From Sarea resinae (lineage: Eukaryota): a DNA stretch of 64,000 nt. Below the pieces are notes generated by a model. That model had not been told where the DNA came from and made no database searches. It saw only the letters and a program-made list of their open reading frames with translations. The translations under genes were made by a program, and so were the position numbers. The stretch covers positions 1 through 64,000 of the forward strand of contig JAPEUD010000070.1 of NCBI GenBank assembly GCA_026026165.1, read 5' to 3'. This document shows, piece after piece, positions 1-11,824 of the stretch. Numbering within the stretch: the stretch's first letter is position 1; each line of letters opens with the position of its first letter.

Positions 1-127
1 CTTCTTCTTCTTCTTCTTCTTCTTCTTCTTCTTCTTCTTCTTCTTCTTCTTCTTCTTCTTCTTCTTCTTCTTCTTCTTCTTCTTCTTCTTCTTCTTCTTC
101 TTCTTCTTCTTCTTCTTCTTCTTCTTC
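1..127. repeat. (CTT)n microsatellite, decaying into (CGT/CTT) units to about 165
   Basis: Perfect CTT tandem run visible from the window start. Confidence 0.98.
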
Positions 128-1792
128 GTCTTCGTCTTCGTCTTTGTCTTCTTCGTCGTCTTCTTGATATCAGTAAACTATATCTTAGTATAGCACGGTA
201 TAGCGCAGCATAGCCACAACCCTTCCCCTCCATAAGCCCTCCAAACCCCCAAACCCCTCCTATACACACCAGCCCCCCCCTCCAACCCCTTGACCCACGT
301 CTCAACCCCCAACATTCAAAACCCCCCCGATCCGACTCGATCCGACTCGATTCAATTCGATTCAAAACAAAGAAAGAAAAACAGCACAGCCGGCATCCGG
401 CATCCGGCAGCCGGCACTCTACTTCATAGACAGACAGATAAACAACCCTGATTTGAAAAACCAAATTTCTTATTCTCGGTGCTCTGCGTGTATATATATG
501 TATGTGTGTGTGTGTGTAGCTAAGGTAAACAGCTACCTACCTAGCTGAACTAGCTACCTGAGCTGACTGGCTTAGCTAGCTTTAGTAGCTAGCCAGAGAG
601 GGAGAGGGAGAAAACCAGTAAAAGCCAAAAAGCCAACAGACCAGCGGAAAAAAACATAAAACCAACGAAAGAAAAACCAACAAACCAGCAAACGAAAAAG
701 GGAAAAGGGAAAACCCGAAAACCATCAAAACGCGCAAACAGAGACGCAAAAAGAAAAGAAAAGAAAAGAAAAAAGATGGCCGCCCGCCCGCCCCAGTTAG
801 CTCTGAATCTCTGAATCTCCGAATCTCTGATCGTACAACGCGATAGTTCCGGTGGTGGGGAAGCAAAGAAAAAAAAAAGAACCACCGGTATGAAAGATCC
901 GCCCTGAAATCCCTCCCTACATCTCCTGTCGCTTGTCTCGCCGTGTAAAATATTGAAAAACGCCTGCGAGCCGGGGAAAGAATATAATCAAGAACAGAGG
1001 AAAGGGGAGGGAAAAGGTAAAACCTGCTGATAATGAATAACTGAACGCCGTATGAGATTTCGAGATGTCTCCCTATTCCCTTGTGTCTGTCTAGTTGGTT
1101 CTCGTTCTTTGGGATCGGAGTGAAGAAGAAGAGAGACAGCGAGATAGAGAGGGATAGAGGAATGATAGAGGATCCTTCTTCTTTCCTCCTCTTCTCTTCC
1201 CCGTCTTTCTTTGCTTTTGCCCGCTCAAGCTCCATATATCAGACCGTAGAGGGGGCTGGACGGCTTAATAGAGACTTAGTTTTTGGAGTGGAGGGAAAGA
1301 TAGAAGAGACCAGGAAGGGAACACTTGGAAAATACGAGAGAAACTGCGAAAACAACAGAAAACAAAAAAACTCCAAAACATAATTCACTGACTGACTGTA
1401 CTGTCGTGTGGAAAAGACTATATGAGTCCTACTACTGTAGGTAGGAAAAGAAAAGACGCGCGGCAGTGCTCTCTCCATGGAAATTCCGGGCTTTGTGTTT
1501 TCCGGACAGATGTTTATTATCCATGTGTCATGTTTCTCCTTGCGGCTTCCTTGGTCCGCGTGTCCTGGGTGTAGAGAAAATCTACTTCATGACGGTCAAT
1601 CTTGCGCCTGAAGGCCCTCGGGAAAATGGTCCAGTCCAGAGTAGTGGTGGATTTCTTTATCAATGATAGGATGCATCCATGGTTTCCCTTGCGGTGAGGG
1701 GCACTGCGAGGTGTGAGACCGTACTCGCTCACAATCGCCACGAACACACACAAAAGGATGGATCCGAGCGCAAAAAGAAAAAAGGACTGACA

Positions 1793-3060
1793 TTAGAAAC
1801 CGTTCAGGCTCCTCCGGCTCTGGATCAGCTTCTCGGTCCGCACATACAGATGATCCAGAAACTCCATGGCACTGGCATCCTTGAGCATCTTGGTGACCTG
1901 GATCCCGGCCGAGATGAGCTGCAGCACATTGCGATCGTCCTTCAGCGGCCTGCTCTGATGCTTGGCCGCGTGGCGCATCTCCAGGGAATTTTCCAGTACC
2001 GTCACCAGCTGCTTGATCTGGCCATTGTACAGCACGCGTGCCGGAATCCGGCGTTTGGTCGCCAGCCGCTTGAGCAGGTACACCCATTCTGTCCATTCGC
2101 GGTCGGCGGGCACGCGCACGGGTCGCTTGTCCGATTCTAGCGGGATCGGAAACTGGTATTTGGCTACAAAGTCGAAGGCACATTGCGAGAGACGGTCATT
2201 GACCTGAGCCAGGACGTCATCCTGTTCCTGCACATAGAGGTTGGTGGGTAAGTGGGGTAAGTCGCGCTCCTGGGCTGCAACGACTTCTGGAGGTGGACGG
2301 TCCAGGAGCTGATGGGGGCCGTCAAATTCATCCCGGTTAGACGGCCGTCTTTGCGCGTGGAGTTTGACCTGGACCTTCATTTTCTGTTGCTGTCCGGACG
2401 GGGGATCGCCAAGATAGTCTGATGACGTAGGAGAGCTGGATATGTCCTGGTCCGCTGGATATCTGTCCGGCGACACGCGCATGCCCTGTTCCCAGTTCTG
2501 TTGACCCGGGTTTGAATACCTGTTGTTCTCCTGTCCCATGGCTGGTCCGTAACCTGCAGCGGACGGGGCTGGTCCGTTGGAATATCCATAGAAAGAGTTG
2601 CGGTCTTGGTAGGGAGCCATGCCCGAATCATAGCCGGAGGGAGCCTGTCCTGGGATGCCCTGGCTGTTGGAACGGCTGGTCCTGACCGCGGAAGTAGTTC
2701 TAACAAGTGGTGGCGGAGCACCTCTGGAAGACAGTGCTGGGTCGGGGGGATACGGGACACTTGCACACACTCAGCGCATGACTCTCAAACTCGCCACGAC
2801 ACGGCAATTCAACGATTATACCTCTTTGCGGACGCATAGAAAGGCTCATAGGAGGGCCCACCGCTGGATTGCGGTGGAAAGTAGCCTCCTCCTGAAGTCG
2901 CGGAACTTTGCGAATGTCAGCCAGCCGAGCAACGAAAGTGGCTGTGAGACCCGAACCTTCTGGGAGTAGCAGCACCCCCGGGGAGGCCCGGAGGATAGTA
3001 GTTGTCGCCATACCCTGACCGTGTCCGGGGATCCGGATAATGGCCTCCGCGGGAAGACAT
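1793..3060 (-). CDS. Conserved fungal hypothetical protein, 3 exons
   Basis: ATG at 3060 (MSSRGGHYPD). Introns 2906-2956 (GTTCGG..GCTGAC..AAG) and 2760-2821 (GTATAA..AAG) join in frame to the 1793-2770 ORF. Globular-looking C-terminus LSQCAFDFVAKYQFPIP..WTEWVYLLKRLATKRRIP. Confidence 0.8.
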
Positions 3061-5617
3061 GATCACTGGTGGCAGTACTAGAGTCATGAAGAAAGAAAAT
3101 TGCGGCTTCAAAGTCTTCTATATAGTCTTTGAAATGCGAGTATCAGAAGGTGCAAAAAGCCGGCCTAGCGTGTGTGATGGGGGGTCGTTCAACGAGTTGG
3201 GTGCGGGAAATTGATCCCAAGGCTGACTCGTAATCTTAGGGATGGTGCAATGGCTGGGAAGGAAAAATCAATTTGCAGGACACATTTGAATCGTTTCAGT
3301 CGACTGGTCAAGAGCAGGATGGTTGTTTTTGAAGTGCCAACAATCAAGAGGTGTCCATTCGGCTTAGCCGCAGTGGCGACTTCGAAACATGTCGGCCACC
3401 TCTTCCACGCCGAAGGCATGATGATGAGTTGGCGTTGCCGTCTGTATCATTCACCGCCATACGAGGGCGGAAACATGGGCGGAAAGAGACAAGCGCGAGA
3501 TGGTGGGCCGCGAATAGGGAGCTGTTTGTGTGTCGGGCATCCATTGGTTAGAAGCTGGGCGAAGATCTTTCATCAGGACAGGGTCGTCAAGACCAGAGAT
3601 GCCTGCCACTTTCGTACGGCATGCAGCCCTCTAGCATGGCACGGAGCACGGAGCAGAGAGCCCAAACGGCGGCTTTCCTGTGACCTACCCTCTGATGCGG
3701 GTAAGGGCACACGAGAGCTACTCTAGAGAGCATAACTATCCCCTGAGAAGGAAGTGTTCAGTTGAGTGGGTTGGGCGGGAAGGTGGAATTGCAGCAGGCG
3801 TCCGGAGGGGCGCGGGGGGAGGGGGGAAACGCTGGAGGTTCGGCAAATTGGGCAGCGATGGAGCTTTGCCGAGTATTGACGAGCCAGTAATGTAACGTAA
3901 GATCAGGCATCGCCCATCCATTCGCCCAAAGATGACGAAAACAAAAGGAACTTGAGATGAGATACGAAATAGTAGGAAAATAAATCAGAAAGCGAGATGA
4001 TCCTCCACATTATCATTTGATGTTATGGTACTCCGGAGTCGTCTGCGACTGCTGTGAATGCGTCCGTGCCAGATCCCCCCTCCGCAAGGCCAGGGGCACT
4101 GTGATCGGACAGGCCCAGCACTCGAGGTTGACGTTTCCCGGACCGGGTGCTGCTGCACACCACAAGTCGCCACACAAGCCAAGCACGCGCCATCAGACGA
4201 ACGACTACTGTATATATACCCCGAGCTGCGCGTCAGAGAGATGTACGGAGTCGGTCGATCAAATCCACAGAGCACAAAGCAGAGCACAGAGTACCGCGCC
4301 CCGGGCTCAAGCGTTGTAATCCGTACCGTACTGCGAGTATTCGTACTCCGTACGTACAAAATGGCTTCGTACGAGATCCGTATCGTCGCAGGGGTCTGCA
4401 TCTTCGTGCCCAGTCGGAGGCCGTCACCAATGCTCCGTTGCACCGTCGAACAGAGCGGGCGCTCCCAAGGCAAGAAGACCTCCAACCGCTCCATAGCCGG
4501 ATCGCCTGTATATACAGCTCCGGTGGTCAACTGTTGTGACCCTTTCCACTAGAGCCACCCGCAGCAGGGGAGCTCCCTGAACAGGACACAACGGCAGAGT
4601 CGCCATCGTCGTGTAGAGCTTGTCAGTGAAGTAAAGCAAAGCGGCCGCAGTTGTTCGTGATAGCTTGCCAGTCTGCTCCGACTAGAGTCACTAGTCAGTC
4701 CAGTAAGTAGAGTACGACTTGCCCATCGAAGATGATTCCTCTCATTCGGTGGGAAGAGAGCAAGCGAATCATCCTCACCAGTCGGACAGTGAATTCTCCA
4801 GATCGGTGTTTCATTGGGCATCGTTGCAGTCTGAATCAGCCTGACCACCATATATCCGAGGCCTGTATTCGTAGTACCAATACAGTACCGTGGTCGAGTA
4901 GAGAGCGCACGGTCTCGAGACCTTCGTGATCCGTGAAGCCGGAGGGGCAGCTGTCGTGGTATTCTCCGCGAAATCACTTGCAAGAGCTATCCATTTGGGA
5001 GTTGGCGTTCCATGCGCAAAGGTCAAAACGAAGTCAATGGCAACAGCAAGTCATCCAGTGGGCCAGTAGCCTAATCCCAAACCCGTAGATTTGACGAGAG
5101 TCGTATGCTATAACAAGCTGTATACAGGGCCAACAGCTGGGTATAGTCCAGCAGCGTATCTTCAAAAACGCGTCTCTACCTTCCGTAACGCTCGAGCTCC
5201 CCGACAAAAGACTCAGAGAGAACCGACCGTCCTAGGTAAGACGGCGGAGAAGACAGATATTCGTATACATGGCCATGTCTCCGAACAGTATCCCACCAAG
5301 ACGACAGCTGCAGGCGCTTGCTCTCTGCAAAAGGCCCGAAAAGGTAATACAACTAGACAGCGAGCATCTACTAAGGGTTGCACCAGCTAGTTTGCCCATT
5401 TTCCCAGAATTCACCCTTTTCACTATCGCCACTACCTGCAGGTCCATATCACTGACAGGGCCATCTGCCACTGATAGTGCACAAATACCATACCGTGTGT
5501 CTCACCCCCTGATCACATCTGGCAAGCATCTTGGGAAGATGGTGGGCCCCGCAGAATAGCGTATGCCTGTCGATGGGTCATGCTCCGCTGCCTGTCGTGC
5601 CCAAACCATTAGCTATA

Positions 5618-6842
5618 TCATTCCCCTCTCTTCTCTTGGTCTAGGAGCTCTGCTTTGCGAAAGCGTCCTTGCATCCAGCAACGATACATCTTCAGCTTTC
5701 TCTGCCGATTCACCAGCATTCTTCGATCGACCCCCAGATTCACCACAGAGAATCTAGCTGGCTCAGCCTCCTCGCCATTTCCAGACGGCCGTTCGCCGTT
5801 CTCTGCCACTACATCGTCACAGGAGCCTGCCTCCTTGCCAGCCCAGATCTTGATCAATTCCTCTTGCTCGAAGAAATAGACTCTCGTGCCATCACCACGA
5901 ACGTAAAAGTTCTCTTCCATATACCGCCCCTTTTTGAACCTCACTTGCGCAAGGTCACCGCGGCCGTAGTCTCTAAACAGCACTTCGCCCCCTGGCTTGA
6001 GTACTCGATAAATGTTTTGCACCGCTTGCGCCCATTGTCGAGGAGACAATGCCGAGAAGATGAAGATCATCATAACAATGTCGACTGAGCCTTCGGAAAG
6101 GCCGGGCGGTAGCCTATCTTCTCCGGTTGCGGCTACATCCCATACATCTGCCTGAATATAGCTCTGATTGTATTGCTCGTTTGCCCGGATCAGCTCGACT
6201 GCTTTCTTGGAAAAGTCGCAAGCATGTATCTTAAGATTCGGATTCTTATTGTGGGCCAAGATGGGAAATGCAGTATTACCCGCCCCAGCGCCTACTTCTA
6301 ACAGTGTTGTAGGTGGTGACTCGGGCTGGGTGACTGTGGCTAGGATTGGGAATTCTTGTTGAAGCCATTTTCGATTCTTGAAGAAGTTGCTAGTATTGTT
6401 CTTATAGAATAAATTCCACCACTTGGCGGGCTCGGAATTAAAACGGTCTTGACGATGCGATTATGTTAGCAGGCGGACGTATTTAATGCCAGAGTAATGA
6501 CATACACTTATCAAAGTCTGAGACTGGAGAGTCTCGTTGCTTTGCGTACTGCACTTCGGCGTATTCTTTGTATGTATCGTCCGTCTCCACGTGGTCCCAC
6601 GCATTGAATTCGAAAACATCGTCGCCCTCCTCCAGATACCGAGACCCAAATTGAAAGGGATCGCTCCGTTTCAGACTTCCACGAGGGTCATGAGACCGAT
6701 GAGGAGGAAGCGGAGCGGGTGAATCTAGCAACATGCGGGCGGATTCGCCATCTTCACAAGACTTTGGCGAGTCGTTCGCTGCGATGTCTAGTGCTGAGAA
6801 TTCGGGTATCGGTAGCGGATCCTGGCTGTCAGACGGAGTCAT
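5618..6842 (-). CDS. TRM140: tRNA N3-methylcytidine methyltransferase (Trm140/Abp140/METTL2 family)
   Basis: FEFNAWDHV, KWWNLFYKNN..FFKNRKWLQQEFP, SAM motif LEVGAGAGN, FRDYGRGDLAQVRF, YVRGDGTRVYFF; intron 6448-6505. Confidence 0.93.
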
Positions 6843-6994
6843 GGCTGCAGCGTGCAATGACGATAAGCATAATACGGCTGGTGGAGGTGACGGAGCACAG
6901 CCAGATCCATCAGTCGGGCGAGTCTGATGTGACGCGAGTTTGCGGTTGGCGATTGGTGTGGATAATTTTCTGTGCGACACTCGAATGACAATCG

Positions 6995-7010
6995 AGGTTA
7001 TCGATAACCT
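6995..7010. promoter_or_regulatory. Perfect 16-bp palindrome AGGTTATCGATAACCT upstream of TRM140
   Basis: Palindrome seen directly, containing inverted GATAA half-sites about 150 bp upstream of the ATG; function inferred. Confidence 0.4.
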
Positions 7011-7763
7011 TAAATTGACGCGGCTCTGTGGCCAGTCAGGGGCCAGAACTACGCTCCGACTAGCGCCAGCCAGTACCCGAATCCAAGATCAATGAATCCA
7101 AGATTAAGAAAGCGTCAACTTGCTATTCACTTCATCTCCCCTACAACCCTAAATCAACTCCCGGGATTATGGCTAACGACCCCTGATGATTTGCTGACTT
7201 TCCTCCTACACTCAAATTAGAGTCGAATGTTGCATTATCCTGCGATCACATTGCCCAGTCTATTGCTGAAGGAAATTACACAAATGTCGAAGTCAAAAGC
7301 CCTCTTTTGTAAGACAGTCTGATTCACATGCTCCTAAGGCCTAATCTTTCCTCGCACGGGAAATCTTGGCCTCAGCGTAACTTGAGAAATCGAAAGGAGT
7401 CCAATAATGTTGCATATCTGGTTGTGAGCCTCTTCGACATCCAGCCCAGACCTCCAGCCGGACCCCACGGGCCTAATCCCTTAGGAGATCCACGTCCTCT
7501 CCTTCCCTCTCCCATTCTTGGGTTAGAGCCCCTGCGAGTTTGTAGTTGTATAAAGGAGGGAAGAGTCGAGTAATTGTGAAGCTTGGGTTTTGAACGTCCG
7601 TGTAGATCGTCAAACCATCAAAAAGGCCTCGTTAGGCTATACCGGTGCAGGAAATGTGCGAAGTAGACTCGATCTTCCCCAGCAACATGTCTCTGGGACG
7701 ATCAGAGCTCTACAAATCTGCGTCCAGATATCGTGTCCAGATGAAATTCTGTCTCTCGGCCAT

Positions 7764-8606
7764 TTATCGCGGCGCCCAGTCCTCCTTTTGACCCTTCCAT
7801 CCATAGAATGGCCCGGACCAGCATCCACAATAAGCCTCAGGGACGAGCTGTACAAACGTCTTCCCTGTGGCTTTGATCTTGTCGGTACTAAGGTCTCGTA
7901 TAAGTTCCCACGCATCCTCCCACTCGGGCAGATTGTCATCTTGATTTATTTCGAACATGGGGTCCCGATATCTGTCTGGGTCCGGGTCCACCATCCCAAG
8001 CTTGTATCGGTCCTCATCTTCCAGCAAATTACATAACCAACGAACGATCTCATTTATTAGATCGGCCTCCACCACACTCATGCGTTCCAGGGCACTCTCG
8101 CACTGTCTACGCAGAGCCGTAGAGAAGAATGACAGTACACACACCCTGATGAAGTAATAAGCGTGTGTGACGCGCGCTCGCTCGCATGGCAGTAGGTAGG
8201 GCACATGGTTACGGCATGTTGCATTCTTGCAAGCAAGTTTCTCTGGTATCCGCTTGGCGGCGTAAAGATCACAAACTCGGACGGCATCCTGAGATTCAAC
8301 ATAGAGACGACGGAGCCGTTTAATCTCCCTTGGGTAAAAGGCTATCCTTTCGTCAGACCTTGGTCTGTTACTGCATGGTCGCGTTGCGTCGAGCAATTCT
8401 TCCGCCTCATCCAAGCGCTTGGCGTCAGAATAGCATACTATCTCTTGGGAGGCTACCGCATCAATAATAACCCAAAGATTCGATCTCCAGAGACAGTGAA
8501 ATGATCGAGAGGTAGCGGAAAAATTTAGAACATCGAGGACGTTGGACTGGGCCTTGAAGATTGCGAGGATGAGTTCGGGCGGCAAGTCCATGAGCTTCAC
8601 CACCAT
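7764..8606 (-). CDS. F-box-like domain hypothetical protein
   Basis: Intronless 280 aa ORF; N-terminal LMDLPPELILAIF..VLNFSATSRSFH F-box-like motif; ERARVTHAYY segment typical of lineage-variable fungal F-box-like proteins. Confidence 0.75.
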   Translation of the reverse strand: MVVKLMDLPPELILAIFKAQSNVLDVLNFSATSRSFHCLWRSNLWVIIDAVASQEIVCYSDAKRLDEAEELLDATRPCSNRPRSDERIAFYPREIKRLRRLYVESQDAVRVCDLYAAKRIPEKLACKNATCRNHVPYLLPCERARVTHAYYFIRVCVLSFFSTALRRQCESALERMSVVEADLINEIVRWLCNLLEDEDRYKLGMVDPDPDRYRDPMFEINQDDNLPEWEDAWELIRDLSTDKIKATGKTFVQLVPEAYCGCWSGPFYGWKGQKEDWAPR

Positions 8607-9827
8607 AGTGATTTTTGGAGGTTGTGAGAGAACGGCTGGCGGTAGGAAGATGAGGTTATCAACAGAAGGTAAGTCTCAATGGGGAAGCATAAGGCGGTCA
8701 ATAGTAGTATGCCTGGAGGTGAAGAGATAGCAGCGCGGGAAGAGCGACTTATATGGAGCAGCCCAGGGCAGGCGAAAACAATTCTAGCAGGTGTGATAAT
8801 CGAGTGTGTTATTCCATATCGACTGGCCCGACTGGCCCAAGGTGGGGGAAGGTGGGTGGGGACGTTGTTGCTCTCCAGTCTCCCGGGCGCTAAATTGTCT
8901 CAGATCGGCGCGCCTCTCGCTCCTACCTTACACACCACCAGCGCACTGTAGAGGTGTCTCGACTTCGCCATCTTCTGATCTCTACGACTCCATCGCCCCT
9001 TTCGTTCTCCATTCCGTGCCCTCGCGCTCATGATGAAACGCAGATCTAGCTTTGAATTGCGGCGTTACCCGAATGGGGTCCTTAGCCAACGCTAGATAAC
9101 CGTCTTACGCGCTTGGCTTGGCTGATCGTTCTAGTATCCACATCTACAGGCAAGATTAGCATACAGCTACCATGTAACTCATGCTCAGTCTCAACAGTCG
9201 CCGTCTCGTGTGGCTTTGCGAGATGAAGCATTCAAAGCGCGCGCTTGCTTGATCCCTGGCCATCAAGATGCAGTCCAGCAATAGATCGAACCATGCTGCA
9301 CGGTGCCGTCTTTGCCATGCTCTGAGAGCTACTCGTGCCCGCGCTTATGGAGGCAATCCGTCTTTGGCCCTTGACTTTTCTGCCTTGAGAGTATTCTATA
9401 TAATATGCCTCTGCCACCATTTCTACCAATACTAGGTTTCCAATACCTCTTTCGTTCAATATCACTCTTTTATCTTGTATATTTGTCTCTCATGCTTCTT
9501 GGGGAATGACTCTCATTTCCACGTTGAGCGTTTTTGTTTCTCGTATTGATTGAAGGAGATTTTTTATTAAGACCTCCGCCTCAAAGAAGTTGAGCCGACT
9601 GACTGACTATGTCCAAGACCCCTTTCCTGTCTTACGAACGCGAGGCTTCAAATCCAAAGTTCAAAAAGCTGGACATCCATTCGCTGTTTATTGGTCGATA
9701 TCATCGCGGTCATCCCCCGACCTTTAATCCAAACTCATCCCAATTGCTTTTACTTGCCCCCTGAGCCCTTACCAAGGTCGACCTTTTTCTTACATCACCG
9801 GCAACGAGACAAACCGTTTCGAATACT

Positions 9828-10610
9828 ATGCTCCAATTCATATACCTAGCCTTACTGTCGTCGTTGCTTTATGAAGTCTTTGCAATCGAACCGGGCTACC
9901 TGGGCATCGAGCTCAATCGTAATCTTGCCGACAAGGGTTACTGGGCCTACACATCGATTGTACAGTTTCACGAAGATGTCTTGATCTCTTGGACAGACCC
10001 GCAAATTGTCGGGCTTGTCCAGCAGGGATATGCCGACGCCAGAGCTTACTTTGATGACCCGAAGCATTCGAAGGAATATCCGAAAATGCAAAACGTCCGC
10101 ACTATGACTGCCATCGTTACTGGAACATCAGTCTATTTCTCATCCTCCATACGTGGCCCGGGTTCATTCATATATGAACCCGTTATCTCTGCCAACGGCA
10201 GGGCGACTTATATCCCTGGCAACTTTAAACAACCATCTCCTTGCGCTTTGGTGGCACAGGCGTTGACTGCTTGTAAAGCAATGACTACCAACGGCGCGGG
10301 CCACAGGGTAGGTGGTGGTTGTGGCGAAGTCATGGCAGCTTTGGCTTTCTGCATTCAGAATCCGACCGGAAATTTGCAAGGAGCCAAAGTTGTGACTTGG
10401 GGAATGGAGAAGGACTTTTCTCAAGATGGGGCTCCGAAGGTGTTGCGCGTAATGAATCCCTGTGGTCAAGGACGAGGACTAGACAATGTCGACGTATGGG
10501 GCCGTGCTTCCTTCACTACAGAATTGGGCATGATTGCAATCAAGACTGGGGTGCAGCCAGAGAACAGAGATGTTGCTGAGCCAACTACAATTTCTGCTTG
10601 TTTTCCGTAA
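9828..10610 (+). CDS. Secreted protein with cytidine-deaminase-fold-like signature (YwqJ-like CxE...PC)
   Basis: 260 aa ORF; hydrophobic signal peptide (MLQFIYLALLSSLLYEVFA); HRxGGGCGE-helix, strand KVVTWG, then MNPC. ORF is secure, the fold call is inference. Confidence 0.7.
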   Translation: MLQFIYLALLSSLLYEVFAIEPGYLGIELNRNLADKGYWAYTSIVQFHEDVLISWTDPQIVGLVQQGYADARAYFDDPKHSKEYPKMQNVRTMTAIVTGTSVYFSSSIRGPGSFIYEPVISANGRATYIPGNFKQPSPCALVAQALTACKAMTTNGAGHRVGGGCGEVMAALAFCIQNPTGNLQGAKVVTWGMEKDFSQDGAPKVLRVMNPCGQGRGLDNVDVWGRASFTTELGMIAIKTGVQPENRDVAEPTTISACFP

Positions 10611-11824
10611 TCCTCCCATAAGGTGTTATACTCAAGTTTTCTAGCCCTTTTCTTTTCTGTTTTTTGAAGAGTTCTCTTGTTGTTTAAACGCTACTGCAGG
10701 GTGGTACTCTACGCTCAAGATTCCGGTCTTGTCTTCTCTTTGAATATTTGTCTTTTCGTCCAAAGTCATCGTCCCGTTCTACGTGATTGTCATATTTCCA
10801 GTTTACGAGAGCTACTGTATTAGATCACATGATAGAATGTACAGAACGAAGGCCTTATCATCAGCCTCCTGTCAGACTACAGCTTGAGCCTTTTCTGCAT
10901 ATCATGCGGGTAGCCATTCACCACGGATGCTATCATACCGAATGGCTCGGGCAGCCCAAGGATTGATCGCCTGTGTTAAGCATTCGAGCGCTTGAAGGAG
11001 ATGCAAAATCACGAGCTTTCAGGCGGGGACTTCCATAGGCTCGGCAAACAGAAGTGGCGTGGCGATCAGGGGCAGCAGATGCCAAGGAAGCGCTTATGTG
11101 GGGTTCGAGGGAAGTCTTGGGGAAATTCGGGTTCGCATGTATGAACATACTGTTGATTGAGCATGGCTGTTACCCGCGGGTGTCCCCAGAGAAGGACGGT
11201 AGGTAGAGAAGACCCCGCCCTACTGGAGTCAAGAATAGGTAAGGTCGGAAAATAAGAATGCACCACTACTTCGTACTAGTTTCGTACCTTATCTAGCCGC
11301 TAACACTAACACTAACTGAAACACTGCCAAGTACGGATACCCGCAACTCGGCTGCAAAGCGCGCGTCAACCGTCCGGCAATTGCTTGATTGGTCTGTTCT
11401 CTAGCATCTTCACCTCCATTCTTGAGCGGCGCTTTCATCTTCCAGCTGTTTATTGCTATATAGTCGTCCTTGACGGCAACAAAATGTATTGCCCTTCAGA
11501 TCCAGATATCGCACGTTCTTTCGGCATTATATGTAGCCTTTGTGTTCTGTTCTCGCTGTTTCCTCTGCCCATACATTCGTTGAAACGCTACATTTGCTTC
11601 TCCACTTTGATATTCGTCGCTCCATATTACGCTGTCAGCCGATCATTCTAGCGCGTCTATTTTCCTTTTTTTCCCTTTCCAACTGGATCTTTTCAGCTTT
11701 TCATCAGTTGTTCATCTCCCCGGAGCGCGAGCTACTTTTCCCTCAAGTTGACTGCTTTTACATTTCATAACCACCGGAACTTTTCGATTCCTCTATTCGC
11801 GCTCCTCAACTGAAGGCAGACTAT

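Noticed and set aside
582..1383. 217 aa and overlapping hydrophobic ORFs
   Set aside because: Products of A/AG-rich low-complexity sequence downstream of the 1793 gene; no protein-like motifs
3189..5560. Many overlapping 60-180 aa ORFs
   Set aside because: No recognisable domain or consistent exon structure; treated as intergenic
9148..9165. AAGATTAGCAT resembling part of U6 snRNA
   Set aside because: Lacks the ACAGAG box and the downstream U6 sequence
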